Positions 42,032 through 52,600 of a stretch of 56,917 nucleotides of DNA are shown here, piece by piece. The notes below the pieces were generated by a model, which searched no databases, was not told the DNA's origin, and saw only the letters and a list, made by a program, of their open reading frames with translations. Origin of the DNA: Candidatus Saccharimonadales bacterium (GTDB lineage: Bacteria; Eisenbacteria; RBG-16-71-46; JACRLI01); NCBI GenBank assembly GCA_035542815.1, contig DATKKS010000005.1, positions 1 through 56,917 on the forward strand, given 5' to 3'. The position numbers were made by a program, and so were the translations under genes. Every line of letters begins with the position of its first letter. Positions within the stretch are counted from its first letter, which is position 1.

Positions 42032-42694
42032 TCACCGCGGCAGCGCCCACGCCGCCTCGCACTGCGCCCGCAGCTCCTCGAACCGCTGGCGCGCCTGGGT
42101 GTGGTGCCCCTCGCGCAGCAGCTGCGGCACCTCCGACTTCATCACCACCTCCGCCAGCTCCCGCCCGAAGTCCTCGCTCGGGATGCGCAGCTCCACCTCG
42201 CTCCGGCGCTCCGCCAGCCACTCCCCCAGCACCCCGAACTCGATCCCGATCGCGTTGGCCACCGCCTGCAGCAGCGCGCTGCGGAAGGCCGGCGCCGCCG
42301 GCTCCGCGTACACCGCCACCTGCACCGGGCCGCGCTCGAACACCTGGGGCAGGCGCACGCACGAATCCAGCGGCTCGTCGCCCCGGTGCACCCACACCCC
42401 CGCGGCGCGCGCGTCCTCGCACGCCCGGTGCTGCAGCGCCGGGTCGGGGTCGGCCGCCAGCACCAGCGCGGCCTCGTCGAAGTCCTCCGTGCGGTACTCG
42501 CGGGCCACCCACCGCAGCCGGGCCTCCTCGCCGTACCGGCGCAGCCTGGCCGTGGCCTGCGGCGCCACCACCGTGATCCGCGCGCCGGCCCGGAGCAGCG
42601 CCTCCACCCGCTCCTCGGCCTCCGCCCCGCCGCCGACCACCACCACGCGGGCGCCCAGCAGATCCAGGAACACCGGAAAGTAGATCGAGTCCAT
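42032..42694 (-). CDS. Precorrin-2 dehydrogenase / sirohydrochlorin ferrochelatase-like (SirC / CysG N-terminal / Met8 family)
   Basis: FPVFLDLLGARVVVVGGGAEAEERVEALLRAGARITVVAP matches the siroheme-synthase N-terminal NAD-binding signature. Confidence 0.8.
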   Translation of the reverse strand: MDSIYFPVFLDLLGARVVVVGGGAEAEERVEALLRAGARITVVAPQATARLRRYGEEARLRWVAREYRTEDFDEAALVLAADPDPALQHRACEDARAAGVWVHRGDEPLDSCVRLPQVFERGPVQVAVYAEPAAPAFRSALLQAVANAIGIEFGVLGEWLAERRSEVELRIPSEDFGRELAEVVMKSEVPQLLREGHHTQARQRFEELRAQCEAAWALPR

Positions 42695-42935
42695 GGGCCG
42701 TCAGGTCTCCTTTGAAGGCGGATTCTGGCAGGCGCGGGGCAAGGAGCGCAAGGAGCAGGCTGGTTGCATGCACGTGACGATGCTACTATGCTGACGGTAG
42801 CGCCTCCGATCCAAGCTCAGAGGTTTGTCAGTGCCTCCAGCAGGCTTGATCGCTCCCGGAGTCCCGAAGCCCGACCGCTGTGGGGACTCGACACTCCTCC
42901 CTCGCAGTCCCTGCCAGGCCATGCGGAGGTCCGCC

Positions 42936-43349
42936 ATGCGCAGCACGGTGATCGCCCTGTCCATCCCGGTCCTGTTGACGGGTTGCCTAGCTGCTCGCGT
43001 TCACCAGGGTGCCTACGTGGTGGCGACCGTGCGCCTGGCGACAGCACAGGGCGACAGCGCCCAGCTCAGCCTGGATTCGCGCAGTCTGCATCCCAGGCCG
43101 TTCGGCCGCTATTACCTTCGCGCCACTTGCATGGCGCCGCTCACCCCCACCCAACCCGTCTGCGACTGCGTGCGCATCACGGTATCGGACTCCCCCGAGC
43201 CTTCGCATGGAACCTCCATCTGGCGGATGCTCCGGCCGGGCGACACCTTGGACACCCTGGGCCTGAGTTTGCGCCTCGTGGACTTCGACGATCATTACGT
43301 GTCGGGAACCAGTGCGTGGTGGGGAGAAGGCAGCGGCCTGGGCCGCTAG
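42936..43349 (+). CDS. Hypothetical lipoprotein
   Basis: ATG at 42936 follows GGAGG plus 6 nt. Starts MRSTVIALSIPVLLTGC (lipobox). The local GC is visibly lower than the surroundings. Confidence 0.5.
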   Translation: MRSTVIALSIPVLLTGCLAARVHQGAYVVATVRLATAQGDSAQLSLDSRSLHPRPFGRYYLRATCMAPLTPTQPVCDCVRITVSDSPEPSHGTSIWRMLRPGDTLDTLGLSLRLVDFDDHYVSGTSAWWGEGSGLGR

Positions 43350-43483
43350 CGCACCGCTCCATCGGCCCCGCCCATCGAGATCCCCAGCGCCCCGCTGCCC
43401 GCCTTCCCCGCTCTCGGCTACAATGTCCCCGCTGGCGGACTTCCCCAGCCGGCCCGGCCGCCGCCAAGTCCGGAGACGCACGC

Positions 43484-45361
43484 ATGAGCCCCGCTCCCAC
43501 CCCCACGCTGACCACATCGCCGACCCGCGTCGCGCGCCTGGCTCCGAACCTCGCGCCCGGCCTGGCGGCCGCCCTCACCGGCGTGCTCGCCTACCAGGTC
43601 CTGGGCGGCCTGCGCGGCCCTTCCTCCGCCGGCGTCCTGGCCCGCGCGCTCCCACCGCCCCTGGCGGAGCTGGCCGCCCAGGCGGCGGCGCAGCCCATCC
43701 CGGCCGCGCTGCTGCTGGCCGCCGCGCCGGTCCTGGCGTGGCTCGCGCTCGCGGCGTGGGCCGCCCGGGTGCCGGGCGTGAGCGCCGCCCGGGCGCGGGG
43801 CGCGGTGGGCTGGGTCTGGGCGGGCTCCGCGCTGGCGGGCGCCTGGGCGCTGGCCGCCCGGGTCTCCGGGCCCCGGAGCGGCCTCGCGGCGCTGGGCTAC
43901 TGCCTCACCTGGCCGGCCCTGGGCTCGCTGGGGGTGGCGCTGGTGCTGCGGCGGGCCCGGGCGCTGCAGTGCGCGGCGTGGATGTCCGCGGCGGTGCTGG
44001 CGGCGCTGCTGGCCCGGGTGCTGCCGCTGGGCTGGCCGGATGAGAGCAGCTGGGCCTGGTCGCCGATGCTCGCGGCCCGCCCGCCCGAGGCCCTGGCGGA
44101 GGGCGCGGCGTGGGTGGTGGGGGCGTGGCTGTGGATGTTGGCGCTGTCGCGCCTGGAGTCGAAGTGGCCCCGCCGCTGGGCCACCGTGACGCTGGTGCTG
44201 GTGCCGCTGATGCTCGCCCGCGGCGCCGCGCAGTTCGCGCAGTCCGGCCCGGACCGCCACGCGGCGGTGCTGGCCGGCGAGCTGGCGGCCGCGGACCCGC
44301 GCATCTCCCCCGGGCCCGCCGGCCTGCGGCCGCCCGGCTGGCCGCTGCTGCACCGGGCGGCGTCGGGCGCCGGCGACACTCCCGCGGGCGCGGCCGTGGC
44401 CGACGCGGCGGCCTGGGCCCTGGGGGCCGATCGCGACCACGCGGACGCGCTGGCCTCCGACGCGGCGGGCCGGCCCCTGGCCCGGGGGGAGGCCAACGGC
44501 CTGTGGCTCCTGGTGGGGCTGGTGCTGGCGCTCCTCATGGCCATCCCCGCGGGGGTCTACTTCCTGGCCCGCGCGCACGAGGGGCCGCGCATCTCCTACC
44601 GCGCCGCGGGCCTGGCCGCGGTGCTGGCGGCGCCGCTGCTGTTCTTCCCCGGGGCGCAGGTGGCCTACGCAGCGGGGTTCCTGGCCGCCGCCGGCGCCTG
44701 GGTGCGGTCCGAGCCCCGCGGCCGCTGGCCGTGGGCCCTGGCGGCGGGCGCCGGCGTGGCGCTGCTGGCCGCCTTCTCCCCCGCCAACCTGATCTTGCTG
44801 CCGCTGCTGGCGCTCCAGTCGCTGGCCTCCTGGAAACGCCGCCGCGCCCCGGTGCGCACGGAGATCGGGCGGGCGCTGGCGCTGCTGGCGCCGCTCGCCG
44901 CGGCGGCGGCCCTGGGGTCCGCGTCGGGCGACTCCCCCGGCGCGGGGGTGTGGGCCTCGCTGGCGCGCCACCACCACGCGATCGCGCCGCGCGGCTGGGC
45001 GCTGTGGACGCTGCTCAACCCGCTCGACTTCCTGCTGCTCATGGGGCCGCCGGCCGCGGTGTGGTTGCTGCGGGCGGTGCCCTGGTGGCACCATCCGGCG
45101 GCGGCCCGGCGGCTGCGCATGGACCCCGAGGGCGCGGTGCTGGGGGCGGCCATCCTGACGGTCCTGGCGCTGGACCTGTGCGGCCTCACGCGCGGCGAGG
45201 CCGGCCGCCTGTGGCTGGGGTGCATGCCGCTCCTGGTGGCCGGCGGGGCGGGGCTGTGGCGGGAGCGCCGCCGCGCCGAGTGGTGCTGGCTCACGGGGAT
45301 GTGCGTGGTGCTGCTGGTGGCCCTCAAGGGGCTGTACGTGTTCGTGCGGCTGCCGATCTAG
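43484..45361 (+). CDS. Polytopic integral membrane protein of unknown function
   Basis: ATG at 43484 follows GGAGA. It is 625 aa with many Ala/Leu/Trp-rich hydrophobic segments, 10 or more by eye. I did not recognise a family. The 240 upstream codons of the track ORF were rejected. Confidence 0.55.
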   Translation: MSPAPTPTLTTSPTRVARLAPNLAPGLAAALTGVLAYQVLGGLRGPSSAGVLARALPPPLAELAAQAAAQPIPAALLLAAAPVLAWLALAAWAARVPGVSAARARGAVGWVWAGSALAGAWALAARVSGPRSGLAALGYCLTWPALGSLGVALVLRRARALQCAAWMSAAVLAALLARVLPLGWPDESSWAWSPMLAARPPEALAEGAAWVVGAWLWMLALSRLESKWPRRWATVTLVLVPLMLARGAAQFAQSGPDRHAAVLAGELAAADPRISPGPAGLRPPGWPLLHRAASGAGDTPAGAAVADAAAWALGADRDHADALASDAAGRPLARGEANGLWLLVGLVLALLMAIPAGVYFLARAHEGPRISYRAAGLAAVLAAPLLFFPGAQVAYAAGFLAAAGAWVRSEPRGRWPWALAAGAGVALLAAFSPANLILLPLLALQSLASWKRRRAPVRTEIGRALALLAPLAAAAALGSASGDSPGAGVWASLARHHHAIAPRGWALWTLLNPLDFLLLMGPPAAVWLLRAVPWWHHPAAARRLRMDPEGAVLGAAILTVLALDLCGLTRGEAGRLWLGCMPLLVAGGAGLWRERRRAEWCWLTGMCVVLLVALKGLYVFVRLPI

Positions 45362-45400
45362 GCGCGGCCGCCTCGCGCTGAACCCCCGACGGAGGAACCG

Positions 45401-46362
<962 letters not shown>

Positions 46363-46366
<4 letters not shown>

Positions 46367-47649
46367 GGCTCGAGTGGGGCCGGGCGCTCACCGTGGCGCG
46401 GCGGGAGTTCCGCTACACCGTGACCCGCAAGGCGTTCATCATCTCCATCGTCGGGCTGCCGGCGTACTTCGCGTTCGTGTTCTGGGCGTCGGCGGTGGGC
46501 TCGATGAGTTCGCGCTCGCACGAGGTGGAGCGCTTCCGCTCGCTCGCCGTGGTGGACTCCTCCGGGCTGTTCGCGGGGGCGGAGCGGGAGGTGCGCACCA
46601 CCCTCCCGTCGAACCCGCTGGCCGCCGACCGCCCCGGCCGCGGGCTGCGGGCCCAGGTCCACTTCTTCGACAACCTGGCCTCCGCCCAGGAGGAGCTGCG
46701 CGACGGGAACGTCTCGCAGGTGCTGGTGATTCCGGCCGACTACCTCGAGCGGGGCCGGGTAAGCAGCTACTCCGAGCACCGCGGCAGCCTGGACGAGTCG
46801 GGCGCCGAGCGCGCGATCCGCGGCTGGCTGGCCCGCGGCCTGCTGCGCGGGCGGGTGGACTCGCTGCGCATGGAGCGGGCGGTGCGGCCGGCGGTGGACA
46901 TCGCGGAGTACGTGCCGGGCCGGCTGGGCAACTTCGAGCTGCGGGACGTGCGCCAGCTCGTCGGCGAGACGGTGCTGCCGATCGCCCTGGGCCTGCTGCT
47001 GGTGATCTGCATCATGATCGGCGGGCAGTACCTGCTCCAGGGGCTGGCCGAGGAGAAGGAATCGCGGGTGCTGGAGTCCATGCTGTGCATGGTGAGCCCG
47101 GAAGAGCTGCTGGCCGGGAAGCTGCTGGGCCTGGGCGGGGCGGGCCTCACGCTGGTGGCGGCGTGGATCGGGATCGGCGGCGGCGTGGCCGGCGCGGCCG
47201 CCGGTGCGGTGGCGCTGCAGGTCTCGCTGGGCACCGCCCTGTGCGCGGTGGCGTACTTCGCGCTGGGCTACCTGCTGTTCGCGTGCATGATGGCCGGCGT
47301 GGGCTCCATCGCCAGCACCGCGCGCGAGGCCCAGCAGTTCTCGGTGGTGTTCTCGATCCTGCTCATGTTCCCGATGTTCTTCGTGCAGGCGCTGCTCGAG
47401 AACCCCGACTCGCGGCTGGCGGTGGGGCTGTCGCTGTTCCCCCCCACCGCGCCGATGGCGATGATGCTGCGCCTGGCCTCGCCCGGCGCCAGCGTGCCCG
47501 GGTGGCAGGTGGCGCTGTCGCTGGCGCTGCTGGCGGTCGCGTCGTGGTTCGTCCTGAAGGTCTCGGCGCGGATCTTCCGCATCGGGATGCTGGCCTACGG
47601 CAAGCCCCCGAACCTGGCCGAGGTGCTCCGCTGGGCCCGGGCCCGCTGA
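46363..47649 (+). CDS. ABC-2 family transporter permease (NatB-like)
   Basis: The ATG overlaps the ATPase stop (ATGA). It has an N-terminal TM, a large extracytoplasmic loop, a 5-TM C-terminal bundle and the motif AEEKESRVLE. Confidence 0.85.
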
Positions 47650-47692
47650 GGCGGGCCCCGCCCGGCACCCGAACCCGAGAGGAGGAGGCGAG

Positions 47693-48184
47693 ATGCCCGC
47701 CCCCGAGATTGCGCAGCTGCTCGAGATCCTCGACCGCGGCTTCGACCAGGTCTCCTGGCACGGCCCCAACCTGCGCGGCTCGCTGCGCGGGCTCACCGCC
47801 GAGCAGGCCGCCTGGCGCCCCGGGCCGGGACGGCACAACGCCTGGGAGATCGCGGTGCACTGCGCCTACTGGAAGTACGTCGCGCGCCGCCGGCTGCTGG
47901 GGGGGAAGCGCGGCGCGTTCCCGCTGCAGGGCTCCGACTGGATCCCGCGGCCGGCCGGCCCCGGGGAGGCCACGGCGGCCGCCTGGCGCGCCGACCTGCG
48001 GCTGCTCGAGGAGACCCACCGCGCGCTGCGCGCCGCGGTGGCGGCGCTCAAGCCGGGCGACCTGCCGCGCCGGCCGCCCGGGAGCAAGGTCCGCAACCGG
48101 ATGCTGCTCGCCGGCATCGCCGCCCACGACCTCTACCACGCCGGCCAGGTGCAGCTGCTCAAGCGGCTCCGCAAGAGCCGCTGA
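47693..48184 (+). CDS. DinB-family (DinB_2) four-helix-bundle protein
   Basis: Blocks are SWHGPNLRGSLRGLTAEQAAWRP, NAWEIAVHCAYW and IAAHDLYHAGQVQLL. These contain the His triad typical of DinB. Confidence 0.85.
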   Translation: MPAPEIAQLLEILDRGFDQVSWHGPNLRGSLRGLTAEQAAWRPGPGRHNAWEIAVHCAYWKYVARRRLLGGKRGAFPLQGSDWIPRPAGPGEATAAAWRADLRLLEETHRALRAAVAALKPGDLPRRPPGSKVRNRMLLAGIAAHDLYHAGQVQLLKRLRKSR

Positions 48185-50302
48185 CTAGTCCGCCACCACC
48201 ACCCGCCCGCGGCCCTCGGCCTTGGCCCGGTAGAGCGCCGCGTCCGCGGCGCGCATCACCGCCTCCGCGGTGACGCCGTGGCGCGGGAAGGCGGCCACGC
48301 CCAGCGAGGCGGCCAGGGTCCCCAGGTCGCGCTCGGTGTGCACCGGCCGGACGCGCCGCACCGCCTCGCACAGCATCTCGGCGCGCCGGCAGGCGTCCTC
48401 CAGCGAGGCCTCCGGCAGGATCACCACGAACTCCTCCCCGCCGAAGCGGCACGCGGCGTCGCCCGCGCGCAGGTTGGCCATCAACATCTGGGCCACGGCC
48501 CGGAGCGCCGCGTCGCCCGCCTCGTGCCCGAAGGTGTCGTTGATGTCCTTGAAGTGGTCGAGGTCCAGCAGAATCAGCGACAGCGGGCGCTCGGCGCGCT
48601 CGGCGCGCCGCAGCTCGCGCTCCAGCGTCTCCTCCATGTAGCGGCGGTTGAAGAGCCCGGTGAGCGGGTCGCGCACCGACTGGCGGCGGAGCGTCTCGCG
48701 CAGCCGGAGGTTCGCCAGCGACAGCGCCAGCTGCTCGGCCACCGTGGCCGCCAGGCGCTGCCGCCCCTCCCCCAGCGACCGCGCGCCGCCGTCCGCCCCG
48801 GGCGGCGTCTCCAGGTGCAGCAGGCCCACCTGGTCCCCGTGCGCCACCATCGGGAAGCAGGCGTAGGCGGACGGAGCCGGGTCCGGCAGGTGCGCGCAGC
48901 GCAGCTCCTCGGAGCCCTCCGGCACCAGATACGGCCGGCCCCGGCGCAGCGCCCAGCAGTCGTCGGCCTTGAACACCGCGGTGCGTCCCGCCTCCGGGTA
49001 GGGCCCCCAGGCCACGGTCGCCTCCAGGATGGCGTAGGGGCCGCTCTGGATGCAGATCACGCCGCTGGTGCCGGGGAAGAGCTGGCCCAGCATCCGCCCC
49101 ATCACCTGGTAGGCCTCCTCCACCGACTGGCTGGCCTGCAGCATGTCGCCCAGCTTCCCCAGGGTCTCCACCTCCCGGGTGCGCTGCTCCACCAGCCGGT
49201 TCACCGTCTCCGCCAGCTCGTCGCGCGCGCCCTGCTCGTGGCGCAGCATCGCCAGCAGCCGCTCGGCCATGCCGTTGAAGGCCGAGGCCACCACCGCGAA
49301 CTCGTCCAGGCCGCGCACGTCGGCGCGCGCGCTCAGGTCCCCGGCGCTCAGCCGGTCCGCCACCCCGGCCAGCGCCCGCAGCCGGCGCAGGATGAGCGCG
49401 CGGGCGATGCCCCACGCGGCGCCCGAGGCCACCAGGCCCGCCAGCACCAGCACGAGCAGGTTGCGGAACAGCAGCTGGTTGGCCTCGGCGAAGGCGGCCT
49501 CCTCGGAGACGCCGATGGCGGCGAACCAGCCGAGCTGGTGCAGCGGCGCGAACGCGTACAGCCGGGCCACGCCGTCGGAGCCCACCGCCTCGAGCGTGCC
49601 CTCCTGGCTGCGGAGCATCTCGGTTGCCAGGGGCGAGCCCATCATCCGGCGCCCGACCCACGGCTGCGGGTCGGGCTGGTGGGCGACCACCGTGCCGTGG
49701 CGGTCGAGGATCAGCATCTCGGCGCCTTCCGGCAGCAGGCCGACCGCGCTGGACTCGCTGAAGCTCACCAGGTCGAGGGACGCCACCACCACCCCGGCGG
49801 GATCGCCCAGCGGGCCGGGGATGCGGTGCCCCAGGCGCAGCGCGAACCGGCGCGAGCCGGCATCCCACTGGGGATCGCCCACCACCAGGCCGGGGGCGCC
49901 CAGCGCCCGGCGGAACACCGCCCCCACCCCGGCTTCGCCTACCCCGAGGCCCCGCGGCACGCGGTAGGCGATCCGCCCGCTGGGGCGCAGCAGCATCATC
50001 TCCGAGAGCCGGGGGTCGCGCTCCAGCAGCCCCGCCAGCACCGGCCGGCTCACGTCCGGGTCGAACAGGGTCTGGGACACCCCCGCGATCCCGGAGAGCA
50101 GCCGCGAGGCGCCCTCCACAAACCGGCTGGTCTCGTGGACCTGGAGGTGAACCAGGTGGGCGGCGTCCCGGCGCATCACGCCGGCGGCGATCCGGCGCTG
50201 CGCCGCGTCCGTGTAGAAGGTGAGGGCAAATGCGGGGCCAAGGGCCAGCAGCACCAGAAGGACGAGGCTGTCCCTCAGGCTGATGATCCGCATCCGCGGC
50301 AT
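48185..50302 (-). CDS. Diguanylate cyclase with an N-terminal TM/extracytoplasmic sensor, HAMP and GAF domains
   Basis: The GGDEF domain has DPLTGLFNRRY, the active-site motif RFGGEEF and the I-site RAGD five residues upstream. The HAMP segment is ADRLSAGDLSARADVRGLDEFAVVASAFNGMAERL. ATG at 50302 (MPRMRIISL...). The upstream 360 codons of the track ORF were rejected. Confidence 0.9.
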   Translation of the reverse strand: MPRMRIISLRDSLVLLVLLALGPAFALTFYTDAAQRRIAAGVMRRDAAHLVHLQVHETSRFVEGASRLLSGIAGVSQTLFDPDVSRPVLAGLLERDPRLSEMMLLRPSGRIAYRVPRGLGVGEAGVGAVFRRALGAPGLVVGDPQWDAGSRRFALRLGHRIPGPLGDPAGVVVASLDLVSFSESSAVGLLPEGAEMLILDRHGTVVAHQPDPQPWVGRRMMGSPLATEMLRSQEGTLEAVGSDGVARLYAFAPLHQLGWFAAIGVSEEAAFAEANQLLFRNLLVLVLAGLVASGAAWGIARALILRRLRALAGVADRLSAGDLSARADVRGLDEFAVVASAFNGMAERLLAMLRHEQGARDELAETVNRLVEQRTREVETLGKLGDMLQASQSVEEAYQVMGRMLGQLFPGTSGVICIQSGPYAILEATVAWGPYPEAGRTAVFKADDCWALRRGRPYLVPEGSEELRCAHLPDPAPSAYACFPMVAHGDQVGLLHLETPPGADGGARSLGEGRQRLAATVAEQLALSLANLRLRETLRRQSVRDPLTGLFNRRYMEETLERELRRAERAERPLSLILLDLDHFKDINDTFGHEAGDAALRAVAQMLMANLRAGDAACRFGGEEFVVILPEASLEDACRRAEMLCEAVRRVRPVHTERDLGTLAASLGVAAFPRHGVTAEAVMRAADAALYRAKAEGRGRVVVAD

Positions 50303-50596
50303 GGAGTCCTTTCTTGCGGCCCCCGGGGCAGAAAGGCCGGCCACACTGCACTTCCACCATAGCGCAGGCGCGGGCCGGGTGGAATGATACAAAGCAGATG
50401 CCCACCCGGGCGCCGGGGGCGGGCCGCGCGGCCCACGTTGACCGCCGGCCGGCCGGGTGGTTTGATTCCCGCCAAGCTCCACCGGGACGCCCCCACCCTG
50501 GCCCGTGGCCGCCGGCAGGCGCCGGCGCGACCGTCCCTTCGCCCAACGACTCCAGCCCGGAGGAAGCCCACCTTCCACCGACCACGGAGGTGCCTC

Positions 50597-51184
50597 ATGA
50601 AGCGACCCGTCCTGTTCCTGTGTGCCGCGCTGCTGGCGGCCGGCGCGTGCGCCGCGGCCGCGGACGAAACGCCGAAGTCCGGTGCCGGCGCGCAGGCGCC
50701 CGCGATGGCCTTTCCCAAGCCGGGTCCGGAGCACGCGCTGCTCGCCGCGGACGTCGGCACCTGGGACGCCACGCTGGAGATGACCATGGCGCCGGGCGCC
50801 CCGCCGGAGACCACCACCGGGGTGCGCACCGTCAACATGATCTGCGGCGGACTGTGGATGCAGGAGGACATCCAGAGCACCATGATGGGGATGCCGTTCC
50901 AGGGGCGCGGGCTGACCGGCTGGGACCCGGCCAAGGGCAAGTACGTGGGCGTCTGGGTGGACGCCATGTCCACCTACGTGATGTCGTCCGAGGGCACCTG
51001 CGACAAGGCCACCGGCACGTTCACCATGTGGCAGGAGTCGCCCGGCCCCGACGGCAAGCCCATGAAGTGGCGCACCGAAACGAAGAGCCCCGACCCGGAC
51101 ACCCGGGTGTGGATCGCCTACATGCCGACTCCCGACGGCAAGGAGTACGTGGGCATGAAGGCCACCTACAAGCGGAGGAAGTAG
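50597..51184 (+). CDS. DUF1579-family secreted protein
   Basis: GGAGG lies 6 nt before the ATG at 50597. The signal peptide is MKRPVLFLCAALLAAGACAAA. Blocks PGPEHALLAADVGTWDA and GMPFQGRGLTGWDPAKGKYVGVWVDAMST are present. Confidence 0.78.
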   Translation: MKRPVLFLCAALLAAGACAAAADETPKSGAGAQAPAMAFPKPGPEHALLAADVGTWDATLEMTMAPGAPPETTTGVRTVNMICGGLWMQEDIQSTMMGMPFQGRGLTGWDPAKGKYVGVWVDAMSTYVMSSEGTCDKATGTFTMWQESPGPDGKPMKWRTETKSPDPDTRVWIAYMPTPDGKEYVGMKATYKRRK

Positions 51185-51236
51185 CGCCGCGGTTTTGCCC
51201 TTGCGCTGCCGGCGGCGCGGCGGCAATGTCTCGGCC

Positions 51237-52562
51237 ATGCTGCTGCGGAACGGGTCCCCCCGGGCGGCCGCGCCCCGGGTCCTCGGGGCGGCGCTGCTCG
51301 CCGCCGCCGCGCTGGCGGCCTTCGCGGCCCCCGGCCGGACCGCCGGCTTCGCCCTGTTCGAGCAGGGGGCCGCGGCCATCGGGCGCGGAGGCGCCTACGC
51401 CGCCGGGGCGGACGACCCCAGCGCGCTCTTCTACAACCCCGCCGCGCTGGCCGGCCTCGACGGCTCGCAGCTGAGCGTCTCCCCGACCCTCCTCTTCTTC
51501 GACGACTCCTTCGCCGGGGCCGCCCCGTACCCGGGCTTCGACGTGCGCGAGGAGACCGACCGCAAGGCCTTCCCGCTGCCGTGCGTCTACGCCAGCCAGA
51601 GGCTCCAGCGGCGGGTCACCGGCGCCGTGGGCCTGTTCGCGCCCTTCGGCCTGGAGACCGACTGGACCAACAGCGCCGACTTCTCCGGCCGCTTCGTGGC
51701 CTGGCGCTCCCGGATCGAGCAGTACGACGGCGCCGCGGCGCTGGCCGCGGAGCTGAGCCCCCGGGTGCGCGTGGGCGCGGCCCTCGACCTCGCCTTCTCC
51801 AAGATCCTGCTGCGCCGGGCGGTGGCCGCCCCGCTGCCGGGCGCCGACTTCGCGCCGGAGGTGGGCACGGTGCAGCTCGAGAGCTCGCACCAGAGCTCGG
51901 TGGCGGGCACTTTCGGCATCCAGGTGCTGCCCACCGACCAGATCAAGGTGGGCGCGACGCTGCGCACCGGCTCCAGCAACGACTTCCAGACCCCGGCGAC
52001 CTTCGACTACCTCGCGTTCACCACCGGCAACGCCCGCGAGGACTCCACCATCGCCGCGCAGCTGCCGCGCAACCAGGACGCCTCGGTCCGGATCCCCTTT
52101 CCGATGATGCTGCTGGCGGGGATCGAGGCGCGGCTCTCGGAGCGCCTCACCGCCGAGCTGGATCTCAACTGGACCCGCTGGAGCACCTTCGACACGGTGG
52201 CCCTGGTGCTCTCGAAGAACCCGGAGCGCAACGTGTACGCCCCGGAGCACTGGACCGACGTGACCGCCGTGCGGCTGGGGCTGGAGTACCGGCTCGAGCC
52301 GCTGCGGCTGCGGGCCGGCGCGTACTTCGACCCCACCCCGCAGCCGGCGTGGGCCATGAGCCCGCTGATCTCGGACACCAACCGTCTCGGCTTCACCGTG
52401 GGCGCCGGGTATCGCGCCGAGAGCGGCTTCCGGGCCGACGCGTTCGCGCTGCTGGTGGAATTCCAGAACCGCTCCACCGACCAGGCGAACCTCAATCACC
52501 TCGACGGGACCTACCGGCCGCGCGCCTTCATCGTGGGCGCGTCCGCGGGGTGGGGCCGGTGA
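51237..52562 (+). CDS. Outer-membrane transport protein, OMPP1/FadL/TodX family
   Basis: After the signal peptide, GFALFEQGAAAIGRGGAYAAGADDPSALFYNPAALA is the family N-terminal hatch signature. The remainder shows a beta-barrel periodicity. Confidence 0.85.
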   Translation: MLLRNGSPRAAAPRVLGAALLAAAALAAFAAPGRTAGFALFEQGAAAIGRGGAYAAGADDPSALFYNPAALAGLDGSQLSVSPTLLFFDDSFAGAAPYPGFDVREETDRKAFPLPCVYASQRLQRRVTGAVGLFAPFGLETDWTNSADFSGRFVAWRSRIEQYDGAAALAAELSPRVRVGAALDLAFSKILLRRAVAAPLPGADFAPEVGTVQLESSHQSSVAGTFGIQVLPTDQIKVGATLRTGSSNDFQTPATFDYLAFTTGNAREDSTIAAQLPRNQDASVRIPFPMMLLAGIEARLSERLTAELDLNWTRWSTFDTVALVLSKNPERNVYAPEHWTDVTAVRLGLEYRLEPLRLRAGAYFDPTPQPAWAMSPLISDTNRLGFTVGAGYRAESGFRADAFALLVEFQNRSTDQANLNHLDGTYRPRAFIVGASAGWGR

Positions 52563-52600
52563 GCGCGCACGGGAGTCGTTGGGCGGCCGCGGCCCGCCCG

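Noticed and set aside
42764-43483. A 240-codon 5' extension of the membrane-protein ORF that also overlaps the lipoprotein gene. There is also a weak sigma-70-like TTGCAT-N17-TATGCT at 42764-42792.
   Set aside because: The extension is out of frame with the SD-supported lipoprotein gene and has an implausible composition. The promoter match is only 4/6 plus 4/6 and would leave a leader of about 135 nt, so it was not reported as a feature.
48182-48187. Convergent DinB and diguanylate-cyclase genes whose stop codons abut (TGA then CTA) with no spacer or hairpin. Similarly, CTAG is shared by the convergent genes at 41095-41098.
   Set aside because: This is real but unremarkable in compact genomes, and no functional inference can be drawn from the sequence alone.
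50303-50596. ORFs 50314..51474 and 50275..50973, which cross the cyclase/DUF1579 spacer.
   Set aside because: They overlap the SD-supported DUF1579 gene out of frame, have R/P/G-rich products and show no motifs.
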